Assembly: GCA_002633005.1 (NCBI GenBank)
Contig: NMRA01000839.1
Span: forward strand, 52,547-116,546
Source: Phoronis australis
Lineage: Eukaryota > Animalia > Phoronida
Reading direction: 5' to 3'
Length of the DNA: 64,000 nt
Shown: in pieces, positions 1-12,400 of the stretch
How the letters are laid out: each line of letters starts with the position of its first letter
Position numbering within the stretch: the first letter of the stretch is position 1
The notes under the pieces: generated by a model
The model's database searches: none
What the model was told of the DNA's origin: nothing
What the model saw: only the letters and a program-made list of their open reading frames with translations
Translations under genes and position numbers: made by a program

Positions 1-459
1 GCATTTTTATGAGAAGGATTTGATGAAAGCAAAGGCCTCACTTAGATTCTCGTTTTTAAAGATACATTAAATTTGTGTAAAACATGAAAAAACATTTGCG
101 AAAGCAATAAATATTGTGCCGCCGCGGCACACTAATTACTCCTCTGTCAAAAATCGTTCTCGATTATTCATGCACGTCACCAAATTCATACTCCACCACG
201 TTTTTACATGGAAACCAATATTTCAGTTTTATTGCAAGTCGCACATTTAAACTAGTTGATAAAAGACCCCTGCGCGATCTTTCAATATCAGTCGGGGAAA
301 TGCATGCACCCATCCTACGACTTATCTGTGAAGGGCGTTCCAGGTTGTGCTGAGATAACGCAAGAGTAATAATTAAGTATGATACGTTTTACACCAGTAG
401 TCGTGCTGCTGTAGTCTCTGTTCTGATAACGCTACGTACATGTACGTTTACATTGCAGC

Positions 460-3400
460 ATGTTGACGTCGCTATTTCTCATCTCTGCAGGTGTCATGGC
501 AGCTGCAGGAAGTGTTCTGAGAGGTGATTTCCTCCATGAGAAGTTTCCGGAAGATTTCAAGTGGGGCGTTGCTACCTCATCTTACCAAATAGAAGGTGGT
601 TGGAACGCGAGTGGTACGTGTCGTAGCACTGATAATCTGTCTTTTAAGAAGCACTGCGTGCTTGCTCAACTGGTAAGAATGTACGTTGCTGTTCAAACTC
701 TTTACAAAAAGCTGTTTTGAACAAACTCGATCATCCATTGACTGTGACCGTTCTTACGTCGCGGTAATTACATACTTGTTAACGTCCTAGTAGTCTTATT
801 AGGACACATGCCATCTACTGCGACGGGGAGGCGCGAAACTGATGATTGCGTACTTTGACCTTAGGCCTATTCGTCTACCGTGGGTGATCCAATATCCCTA
901 CGCACAAGCGCTTAGGGAATTGTAGAATGTTTAGTTTCAGTTAGTCAAACAATCATTCCGTGACTTCGCTCGCATGCGTGCATGAGTGGGAGATCCACTC
1001 ATCTCTCACGGAGATTTGGGGACCCCGGAGGCTGTTCCGCATATTATGAGGCGCCGCTGGATCAATTGAATTCTGTAGCACCAGTGAACAAAAGCGATAG
1101 TTCCGTTACGGGCGGGTACAGTGTGTACCGTCTGTACATGTATGTGTCCTTCATACACGTAAATAATGCTCTGCACTCTTTTTCGAGTTCAACGATATTG
1201 TTATTTTTTGAGTGACAAGTCCAATTGACTTGATGCTACAATGCTTTGCAGGAAAATGTTTGTGATATTCAAGAGCAAATTAGCATTTTATGTAAGTCCC
1301 CAACGTTAATATTGTTGACAAATCTTCAATGTGTACAGGTTATTTAGGACCTTATCAACAAGTCTGATTAATTAGCCAAATACCCACAAAGTTCAGTGTA
1401 GACTATAACTCGATTAACGTAGTCATATTCTGAAAACTGACAGCTTGTATAATTTTGTATTGGATATTATACCAGTGTGCCATTAATTGGTTTATATAAG
1501 CACGTGTTTTTAATAAACTTTAATTAGCGAAAAAGAAAGATACAATCAAAAACTACAACAAGGGTAAATTTCGTTTGATGCAATTGTTCAATACAAAATT
1601 TCAAATAAGCTGTTGCAATTTCCTAATTAAAATTTGTTTCCATTGGATACAAATATTGATCTTTAAAAAACATGAGAATCCTACTTTCTGATAGTCCCTG
1701 ATTAAAAAATGGAGTATTTCAAAAACAATTCCTTGAAGAACAGTGTATAAGCATCATATCTAAATGTTTCATATGAATCCGATCAGCAGCATATGATGTT
1801 CCGAAATGTTTCTAGGTTGCCACGTGACCTTAATATAAGTTCTCCTCGTCCATATATTACCTTTACTGTTATTTTCATCTGGTCGTGGCTTGCGTGGTAG
1901 CGTGCGCGACATTTTTCTGGTTATATCTGAAAGGAGGTCAGCTAAACTACAGCTTGACTCCCAAATTCGTTCGACATTCCCGTTCTCGATCCTTCAGAAT
2001 CACCTGGCAACAAGATTGCCCTCCTTGAGGCGTACCTCGTATGACCTCTGCCCATGACATACATCAAATGCTACTGAGTGGACGTTAATTTCCGGAAGGA
2101 AGGGAGAGCGCCCGTTACACCCCCTGTCTACGAACATGCGTCTTGTGCTAATTTTTTTCGTCTCACGAAATGGGATCTCATTGGATGATTATCTGTTTAG
2201 GAAAAGGAGAAAGCATTTGGGACAGGTTTACTCACGATGGCGGTCACGTGGAAGGGAATGCAACAGGCGACATCGCTTGTGACAGTTATCACAACTACGC
2301 CGATGACGTCAGGATTATTAAAGAGCTTGGGGTATTTGGTTGTCTTTATCTCAGCACAAATTTGATTCTTATACAGACGTTTACGATAATGATAGGGCAT
2401 AATGATTCTATGCATTGTCCTTACAGTGTAGAAAACGTTTGCATACTGCTAAACTATTCACGTATTTTACATGATAGGATAGTGGAAACACCAAAATATA
2501 TACACGTGTTTTGGAATTAAGCACTTTCATGACGACTTGGAATGGAAAAGTACTAAGTGGAACGCGATTCAAGTCTCTTGAGCTACATTTCACAGCAAAA
2601 TAAAAGTTTACTGTAACCAAAATTGTAGGTTTCTCAATACCGATTCTCTATTGCCTGGGCACGTATCTTACCAAATGGGACGCTGTCAGGGGGTATAAAT
2701 GAGGAGGGCGTCAACTACTACCACAAACTTATAGATGCATTGATGGAGGCGGGAATAGAGCCGATGGCGACTTTGTACCATTGGGACTTACCACAGGCAC
2801 TCCAGGAGGCGTATGGTGGATGGGTGGGCGAGCAATCGATACAGCACTTTATTGACTACGCCGACACGTGCTTTCAGCGGTTTGGTAAAAAGGTTTGTTC
2901 TGAATAATGAACTAACTTGTACAGTGTAAGGAAGATTAGACGCTATTTAAGTATATCGTCTTCTAGCACAGGTGGACATGAGAATAGCACCAACATCACC
3001 ACTAGTTATGTCAAATGTAGCCAGCCAGCTAGCAGTATGAAGACTATCGTCAAAATACAGCTAGCTAGGTACCACTGTGTGTATTTCTTCCGTAGACCTC
3101 GAAATTGCTCACAGCCAGGGCAGTTCTGTTTGCACCTCGCCGTGAAACTTGTATCAACATGTAAAGTTAAAGATCGGACGGGGTGCATGCAAAATCTGAG
3201 AATCAACCGGCACTCACCTTGCCCGTTACAACCGTTTAAGTAAAAAACAATGCAACAATCGTCATTTTCTTTCGTCATTCTCGACCTTTTGTAATAATGA
3301 AAAGTATGTCGTCGTTTTGAAAACAATACGCTCGTGTCACGCGCACATGCCATTTCCTAAAATTTTGCGACATCTCTCGGGAGATGATGATGGCTTGGCA

Positions 3401-6400
3401 GCAGCAAAATTTCTTCTGAAATTCGGTATCAAAATATTAAAAACTTATAATGAAGTGAAAGCAGTTCCGATAATTTGTTGTGACGTGTACGCAACAGTTG
3501 ATTGAAGAATCGGCAAAAAAAGAAACTGAACAATAGGTGACGCAGTATTTTATGGCGCCGAAAGACGTCGCTAAAGATCGCTCCACAAACTTAGCAGCAG
3601 AATAACGGTTGAACGCCATTTTTCCAACACCGTTGAATAATTTAGTTTACTCAAAGAAGACTGTAGTTTTTAATGACACTGATTTTGTGTCAGATTTTAT
3701 CTTACCACTTCGGTGCAAAGCTGTATGTTTAGTATACAGCTTTGTCATACCAAGGCCATGTAAAATGCTTCCGGTTCCACATGTAGTGTACCCACTTATT
3801 GAACAAAATGACACTCACCGGTATCACAAGTGCACGTCGTATATTCGCCCGCTGGTTGTAGACAATGCCAGTCAACAACGTTACATTTAGAGCAAACCAC
3901 TCGTGCTAACTAGAGTTTGATACTAATTAAATGATATCACGTGATCAGGTCCTAAAAATCTTCCGGCTGTAAAAGCCAACGATTGACTTGTCTCATGAAT
4001 TCTGCAAATGCTTTGAACCAAGCACAATAGCCGTCTAATTTATGAGTCAATACAAACCATAACTGATATCACAAAAGTCGTGGGAATCGCACACGTGTTC
4101 ATGTTAGTGATAAATTAGTGGATTTTCACTGTAATACAAGCCCCTTGATACTCCTGTGCAGTAACAGTGTCACGTGTACGTGAAGTAACCTAAAAGGTCG
4201 CTGTACGGTCACGTGACACGGTCACTGCACTTTCAGATGTGGTATTAAAGTGTACGCAACATGACTCTAGTACCTCAAAATAAATTTTATTATTATATCT
4301 TACTTGATTTCAGTGCCTTTAGTGCACAGCTTATAAAGAAACACGTAAAATTTGAAAAAAATAATAATTATGTACAACGTCATGGGTTGAACCCAAGTCG
4401 TTCGGCACACTGTTCGGATCAGCAACTAAGTGTATAGAGTGAAGTGAAAGTAAAGTATATTTAGCGTCGAGAAGGTTCGTAGAGGGATGAAAAGATGTGT
4501 TTTCGGAGGCTGCAGCAACAGCAGTCAGACGGAGAACGTCTCGGTGTTCCGAAGGACGCCAAAGTTGCGCACTAGTGGCATCGCTTCGTGCGCCGAACGA
4601 GAGTGTGGGACCTCAGCGTGGACCAAGTGATTCTGTCCGGAGCCACTCTGNNNNNNNNNNNNATCACAACTACGCCGATGACGTCAGGATTATTAAGGAG
4701 CTGGGGGTATTTGGTTGCATTTATCTCAACTCAAACTTGCTTCTAATGCAGACATTTACGATAATGATAGGGCATAGTGATTCAACGCATTATCCTTACA
4801 GTGTGGAAAAAGTTTGCCTACTGCTAAGTTATTCACGTATTTACATGATAGTGGAAACGCTAACATACATACACGTGTTTTGGAATTAAGCACTTTCATG
4901 AGGACTTGGAAAAGTACTAAGTGGAACGCGATTCCAGTCTCTTGAGCTACATTTCACAGCAAAATAAAAGTTTACTGTAACCAAAATTGTAGGTTTCTCA
5001 GTACCGCTTCTCCATTGCCTGGACACGTATCTTACCGAATGGGACGCTGTCAGGGGGGATAAATGAGGAGGGCGTCAACTACTACCACAAACTTATAGAT
5101 GCATTGATGGCGGCGGGAATAGAGCCGATGGCGACTTTGTACCATTGGGACTTACCACAGGCACTCCAGGACGCGTATGGTGGATGGGTGGGCGAGCAAT
5201 CGATACAGCACTTTATTGACTACGCCGACACGTGCTTTCAGCGGTTTGGTAAAAAGGTTTGTTCTGAATAATGAACTGACTTGTACAGTGTAAGGAAGAT
5301 TAGACGCTATTTAAGTATATCGTCTTCCAGCACAGGTGGACATGAGAATAGCACCAACATCACCACTAGTTATGTCAAATGTAGCCAGCCAGCTAGCTGT
5401 ATGAAGACTATCGTCAAAATACAGCTATAGCTAGGTAGCCTTGGTACAAAGCTTTGCACCGATGCGGGTAAAAAAGTGGTAAGATAAAATCTGACACAAA
5501 ATTAGCGTCATTAAAAACTACAGTCTTCCTTGACTAATTTAAATTATTTAACGGTGTTGGCAAAAATGGCGTTCTACCGTTATTCTGCTGCTAAAGTTGT
5601 GGAGCGATCTTTAGCGACCGCTTTCGGCGCCATGAAATTTTGCGTCACCTATTGACCAGTTTCTTTCTTCGCCGATTCTTCAATCAACTGTTGTTCTTTC
5701 ACGAGGTTGCGTACACGTCACAACAAATTATCAGAACTGGTTTCACTTCATTAAAAGTTTTTAGAATTTTGGTACCGAAAAATCGAATTTCAGAAGAAAT
5801 TTTGTTGCTTCCAAGCTATCATTATCTCCCAAGAGATGTCGCAAAAGTTTAGGAAATGGCGCGTGCGCGTGACACGAGCGTACTGTTTTCAAAACGACGA
5901 AATACTTTTCATTGTTAGAAAAGGCAGAGAGTTACGCAAGAAAATGACGTTTATTGCATTGTTTTTCACTTAAACGGCTGTAACGGGCAAGGTGAGTGTC
6001 GGTTGACTCCCACATTTTGCATGCACACCGTCCGGTCTTTAGCTTTACATGTTGATACAAGTTTCATGGCGCGGTGACGAGCATAACTACCTTGGCTGTG
6101 TGCAATTTCGCTGTCTATGGAAGAAATACACGCAGTGGAACCTAGCTGCATTTTGACGACAGTCTTCATACAGCTAGCTGGCTGGCTACTAGCTAGGTAC
6201 CACTGTGTGTATTTCTTCCGTAGACCTCGAAATTGCTCACAGCGAGGGCAGTTCTGCTTGCACCTCGCCGTGAAACTTGTATCATGTAAAGCTAAAGATT
6301 GGACGGGGTGCATGCAAAATCTGAGAATCAACCGGCACTCACCTTGCCCGTTACAACCGTTTAAGTCAAAAACAATGCAACTTTCGTCATTCTCGACCTT

Positions 6401-9400
6401 TTGTAATTATCATAATGAAAAATATGTCGTCGTTTTGAAGAAAGTACGCTCGTGTCACGCGCACACGCCATTTCCGAGTCCTAAATTTTTGCGACATCTC
6501 TCGGGAGATGATGATGGCTTGGCAGCAGCAAAATTTCTTCTGAAATTCGGTTTTTCGGTATCAAAATATTAAAAACTTATAATGAAATGAAACCAGTTCT
6601 GATAATTTGTTGTGACGTCTACGCAACAGTTGATTGAAGAATCGGCGAAAAAAGAAACTAAACAATAGGTGACGCAGTAGGTCTATTTTATGGCGCCGAA
6701 AGACGTCGCTAAAGATCGCTCCACAACCTTAGCAGCAGAATAACGGTTGAACGCCATTTTTCCAACACCGTTAAATAATTTAGTTTACTCAAGGAAGACT
6801 GTAGTTTTTAATGACACTAATTTTGTGTCAGATTTTATCTTACCACTTCGGTGCAAAGCTGTATAGTATTTAGTATACAGCTTTGTACCAATGCCATGTA
6901 AAATGCTTCCGGTACCACATGTAGAGTACCCACTTGTTGAACAAAATGACACTCACCGGTATCACAAGTGCACGTCGTATATTCACCCGCTGGTTGTAGA
7001 CAATGCCAGTCAACAACGTTACATTTAGAGCAAACCACTCGCGCAAACTAGAGTTTGATACTAATTAAATGGTATCACGTGATCATTGAGGTCCTAAAAA
7101 TCTTCTGGCTGTAAAAGCCAACGATTGACTTGTCTCTTGAATTCTGCAAATGCTTTGAACCAAGCACAATAGCCGTCTAATTTATGAGTCAATACAAACC
7201 ATAACTGATATCACAAAAGTCGTGGGAATCGCACACGTGTTCATGTTAGTGATAAATTAGTGGATTTTCTCTGTAACAATACAAGCCCCTTGATACTCCT
7301 GTGCAGTAACAGTGTCACGTGTACGTGAAGTAACCTAAAAGGTCGCTGTACGGTCACGTGACACGGTCACTGCACTTTCAGATGTGGTATTAAGATATGT
7401 TTATGAGGCGTGGAACGCGAAAAATAGACTAAATTGCATTATCCAGAGTGGTTCTCTGTCACTGAAACAGGATTCAACCTGCTCACGGTTTGTTCGTAAA
7501 GTTTTGAATTTCTGGGGATGTGAAAGGAATTTTCTTTTACCGCCATTGCATTTTTAGTGATGTCGTCTGCGTATTAAGCCCGATAAACTTTCGATTCACT
7601 GTTTAGTTTATCTGGCGTAGTTTCAAATCTGAGAAAAGCGACCTGCCAACTGTTCGTCCCACAACGAAAGGCACGTTTCCTTATTTGATATGGCAAGACA
7701 TAGACGTAGCACATTTCCCTTATACGGAAAATGTGACCTTTATTTGATTTTGGAAAATTACTTGCTTCACTGGCTTGCCTCATACTGTGCTGTCTACCTC
7801 TGATTGGGAGTGCGATCATACATGATAATCTGCCGTTGATGTCGAATTGTTAAAAAGATATTTTTGATGAGTTTCCACGTTCCATGCCTCTTTTGCATAG
7901 GTGAGTGTTATTTATCCTCAGTCGAGGCAAATATAAGTCATCCAAAACACGTGTAGTTTAACATACAATTACATCCGTCGGTAGAAATGCAGGACATAAA
8001 CGCGTGTTTTAAAGTTTACAATACAGCAATGTACTAAGCACAGAACCACCATCTTAAACAGCGTTCTCTGTCACCAACAGGTTAAGCGTTGGGCTACATT
8101 CAACGAGCCATCTTCTACCATTTTATTGGGATACGGCCTAGGTATCCATGCGCCGGGTATCAGCGATCCTGGTGTCAGTACGTACAAAGCAGGACACAAC
8201 ATTCTAAGAGCGCACGCCAAAGTCTACAGACTCTACGACACAAAATACAGACCCACACAAAACGGTACTTTCATCAATCGTTCCTGGAGTTATTTAACGT
8301 AGTAGATGAGTTTACTGAAGACCCAGTCTTACTAATTCATCACTGGCAAAAATCAGAATGAATTTGGATCCCCCTACTGTGCCCTGACAAATTCAAATGT
8401 ATCTGTTCAATCACCAATACTCGTATTTTAATACCGGAATGCTACAGTGTAATTAGCTATGAAGAAGTTTATGTAGACAGCACAGTTCAGTTAAAAACAT
8501 ACAAAACCCTGTTTTGATCTATCAACCATTCTTCATTACGTCACCTGTTAATGCATCATTGGAGTCAATCTTGAAAGATAAAAGCATGAATCATCTAAAA
8601 ACTCATATTCTCTAGCTCACAAATTGGATATTACGGTCGTTCGTGGGTGGTCTTTTTCCCCACAGTTGCCATGTATTTCATTAAAAGCCTAGACCACTTG
8701 CACATTTAGCAGGTTTTAAAAGAGGTTTTCATTTTTTTCTGCAAACTTTTAAAGGTTGTCGAGGGTTTAAAAGCATTAGTTTGTTTCAGAGAACTGGATG
8801 GAAAAGTCGTTTTTAGTATGTGTTAATAGGCCAAAACCGGGTTTGGTATCCTTTTAAGAGAACATCATTTTCATCCTTAGGCAAAGTCACAATAATTCTC
8901 AGTTCGCACTGGAAAGAACCAAAAGATTGGAATAATCCTTGGGATGTTTATGCGTCCGAGATGGCGCAAGAGTTCTCGCTAGGATGGTTCGCCCACCCAA
9001 TTTATGTAAACGGGGACTACTCGCAAATTATGAAGGATCAGGTAAGACACAATTAAGATATGCGCAAAATAATGTGATCTGAAATGTTATGAATGACCAT
9101 GTTAAATTTGTATGTGTGCGTGTGTGTGTGTGTGCGCGCGCTCGCGTGTGTGTGATTTTATAAATGAAGGGTGTTCCCTTGAAGCCAATAGGATCGCCCA
9201 GTCTTCAGAAAAGTCAGCTTAGACCGCTTGCCGTTATGGAATTGGCTTAAAAAATTCCTTAGAGTAAAAATGCGATTGATGGAGTTGTAAAGATCTAACA
9301 ATTCGTTATTATTTAAGACCAGGTTGCTCACGTGAACTTGTCACGGAGCGCCATTTTATTTGCAGACCAATTTTCAGTTCTTTACAAGTTCTTTATCAGA

Positions 9401-12400
9401 TTTAGAAACAAAGCATGTTTAGACCAATTTTATATCGGCACATGGTCTAAATAAAAAATTCTGGAGTTTCTTTGGCGTAACGCGAGCTTAGATGATCAGC
9501 AATCAGTTAAGATAAAAGATGAACACTCGATCATGAATGATGAGGAAAGAGGGACTTCGTAGTACAGAATTGGCATCGTTATAACAAAGTACGCTGTGCG
9601 CTCAACACAGATAACACTTCATCAGCTTTCACATCACGAGATTTAAAGTTAAGTCGGAAGAGAACTCTGCCCCGACCGGGGTTTGAACCCCAGAACTATG
9701 TCAAAGATACTCCATAACTATAATATCATTGACTGCGTGTTGACCGTACTGTCGCTCCTGTCCACTGGGCTATCGGTTTAATAACGGATGTGTGTGTGTG
9801 TGTGTGTGTNNNNNNNNNNNNNNNNNNNNNNNNNNNNNNNNNNNNNNNNNNNNNNNNNNNNNNNNNNNNNNNNNNNNNNNNNNNNNNNNNNNNNNNNNNN
9901 NNNNNNNNNNNNNNNNNNNNNNNNNNNNNNNNNNNNNNNNNNNNNNNNNNNNNNNNNNNNNNNNNNNNNNNNNNNNNNNNNNNNNNNNNNNNNNNNNNNN
10001 NNNNNNNNNNNGGGAGGGAGCGGGGGAGGGGGAGGGAGAACACTTTTATTTACATAAAAGGTTATTGACCGCTAATAAGAAGGTCCCTGTACAAAATAAA
10101 TAAATGGAAATGCAAAAATCAGTAAGAATAGGTGAGGAAGCCATATATATATAACATAAATAAGAAAACAAAGTGAATTAGCGTTGAAAACGACCGACAC
10201 GCCAGGAACCAAGAAGTAGACTGGGGAATGCAATTAGATATTGTTACATATGAAGCAATTGGAAATATGACTAACTAGATCGTAGTTGCTGATAATAAAA
10301 TTGGTTAAGAACTTGGAGAATGCTTGCAAATAATGTGACGATCTTATCCAGTTCTATTTTGACTCGATTTAATTTGTCCGAAGCGAAAGGACGAAAAGTA
10401 CGGCTAACTTTACTTGAATGTTGCTATTTTGTAACAAGCTGTCGTTTTGAGGATTTGTCGACGTTCATTCTCCAAAAACCGACATCGAGCAAACACACAT
10501 CATCATATTACAGAGATTTGTAGGAGACGAAGATAATTTTGGTACGTTAAAAGTGTGAATATAAAATGCACGTACCACAAGCGTCAAGAGCATGCAATGT
10601 ATTTTCATTTCAGGTTAAGAAACACAGCCGGTTGGAGGGCGTTCCAAATAGGCTGCCAGAGCTTTCTAATGAAGAGAAAGGTTTAATTAAGGGTACGTGG
10701 ATATCAGAGTTTAGTCAAACATTTAATAACGAAATACTGTAAGCCTGATTAAGGCCCCTTTTTTGTCGGATAACATGTTCGAAAAAGCCTGTCATGTCAC
10801 CCCATTGTTTTTTAATCCAAATTTAATTATTAAACTTGCGTGAGTTCTCTTCGGATATTGTATACATGACGCGAGTATCCGCGTATGCTTTAACACACAG
10901 TGCGCCTGTAAAGGTTTGTGTGCACACACAAGTGTGGCTGCATTTGGTTGTCATGACGTCCGTTAGTCCGGATGTCGTGCTACCCGCTCGATCAAGACGT
11001 ATGTGACGTCACCGATAGATTTTTGAACAAGTTTACCCATTGATCAAATTTAAAACCAGAGAATGTACTGCAATACAAATGCAACTATTATTTTTCAGCA
11101 AGATTTGACAGCATCCTTAGTGGCAATACTTAGTGTCGACAGAGGGGTTTTCAGTAATATTAATAATATCTATAAACCGATTGACGGATTTCAGAGAAAT
11201 TTAACACATACATGTAGGTAATGTATCGACAATGCTCCGGTATTAATTGAATTTGGGGGAGGGGGTATTTGACATACACCTAATGGCCATTTTAGTCTTT
11301 ACAATCTGCTTTTTAGTCCTTTTGCGAAGTAACCCTAATCGGACTTCAATCGAGGTCTGAACGGCAATGTGCGCTTGTCCAGTTCTTGGAGGATTCGACT
11401 TTTGTAGTACCCCTAGGGGCACTTATTTCAGTTGCCCTGTTCTCTTAGTTTTCCGCGCGATATATCAGAAACTCATGTTCACATTCAGATGAGTTTCCTC
11501 ACAAGGGTGAAAGGCATAACTAGGGTGGAGCATGCTACTTTTAAACTATCATCGTTCCCCGCGGTAAGTAAACGGGCTCTTCTGAGGAAGCGAATTTCAA
11601 GGTATTGAGGGAACTAATTGACGGATTTCATTGAAATCTACGGTGTAACTATTGTATGTGACAAAAAAACTTGGGCACCAGTCGATTTTCTGACGGATTC
11701 GGCGACTGCAACACACCCTGGTGGACAGCCCATTTTGAAATTGACGGAAGGTTCTAGTTTTGAGACAGTTCCAACTAGTACTGTGCTAACTTGCGTCATT
11801 TTGTCCATTTCGTAACTACCAATCCTCATGAACGGTTTTAATAAAAAAAACTTCACTCGCTCATTTGTTAATAACTAGTGATGAGTCTCTTGACGGCATG
11901 TTTTATTTCTTTGTTGAAATGTTGAAAACTGTTCGGTTTGAAAACTTTCGACTTGGCGTTAGTTTAAAAAGGTTACGTAACAGCTCTTTTTGTGGTAATT
12001 TGGTTTACCCCCTGATGTCAAATTATCATTTCCTTGTTACCTACATGAAGGTGAGAAGCACATATCGTTTGCAGGACAGTGTGGGCGCATAAAGACGGTC
12101 TTGTTTCATATGTAATTTACATAAAACTTGTGCCGACCCACACTCTGCTCTTCTTGCAGGTTCAAGCGATTTCTTCGGCTTCAATCATTACACGACGGAG
12201 TTCATTAAGTATGCAATCAACAACAACACAGATGCTAACTTCAGCAGTTACTATGGAGACCAGGACCACGAAGCGTCCAAAGATCCAACTTGGCCAAAGT
12301 AAGTACAAAAACTCTCTGTAGGTTTTTGCTCTATCGACGTTTTATCGGACAAAGATACGCACCTGGTGATCTGTCTTTTGGGAACCCACACACGGCAAAT

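Larger units (their letters stand above)
2288..7393 (+). repeat. Tandem segmental duplicate (2288-4248 vs 4663-7393) across a 12-N gap; probable uncollapsed allelic haplotypes
   Basis: Collinear high identity through exons and introns. Copy 2 begins exactly at the N gap in mid-exon. The copies diverge after ggtattaa (4248/7393). Confidence 0.85.

Noticed and set aside
2917-6572. ORFs of 108-151 aa on both strands (2917-3243, 3006-3353, 5966-6331, 6117-6572)
   Set aside because: They lie inside the 740-bp MITE copies, and their mutual similarity just reflects the repeat. No transposase motifs.
9726-10103. X-rich ORFs
   Set aside because: Artefacts of the N gap and the TG microsatellite.
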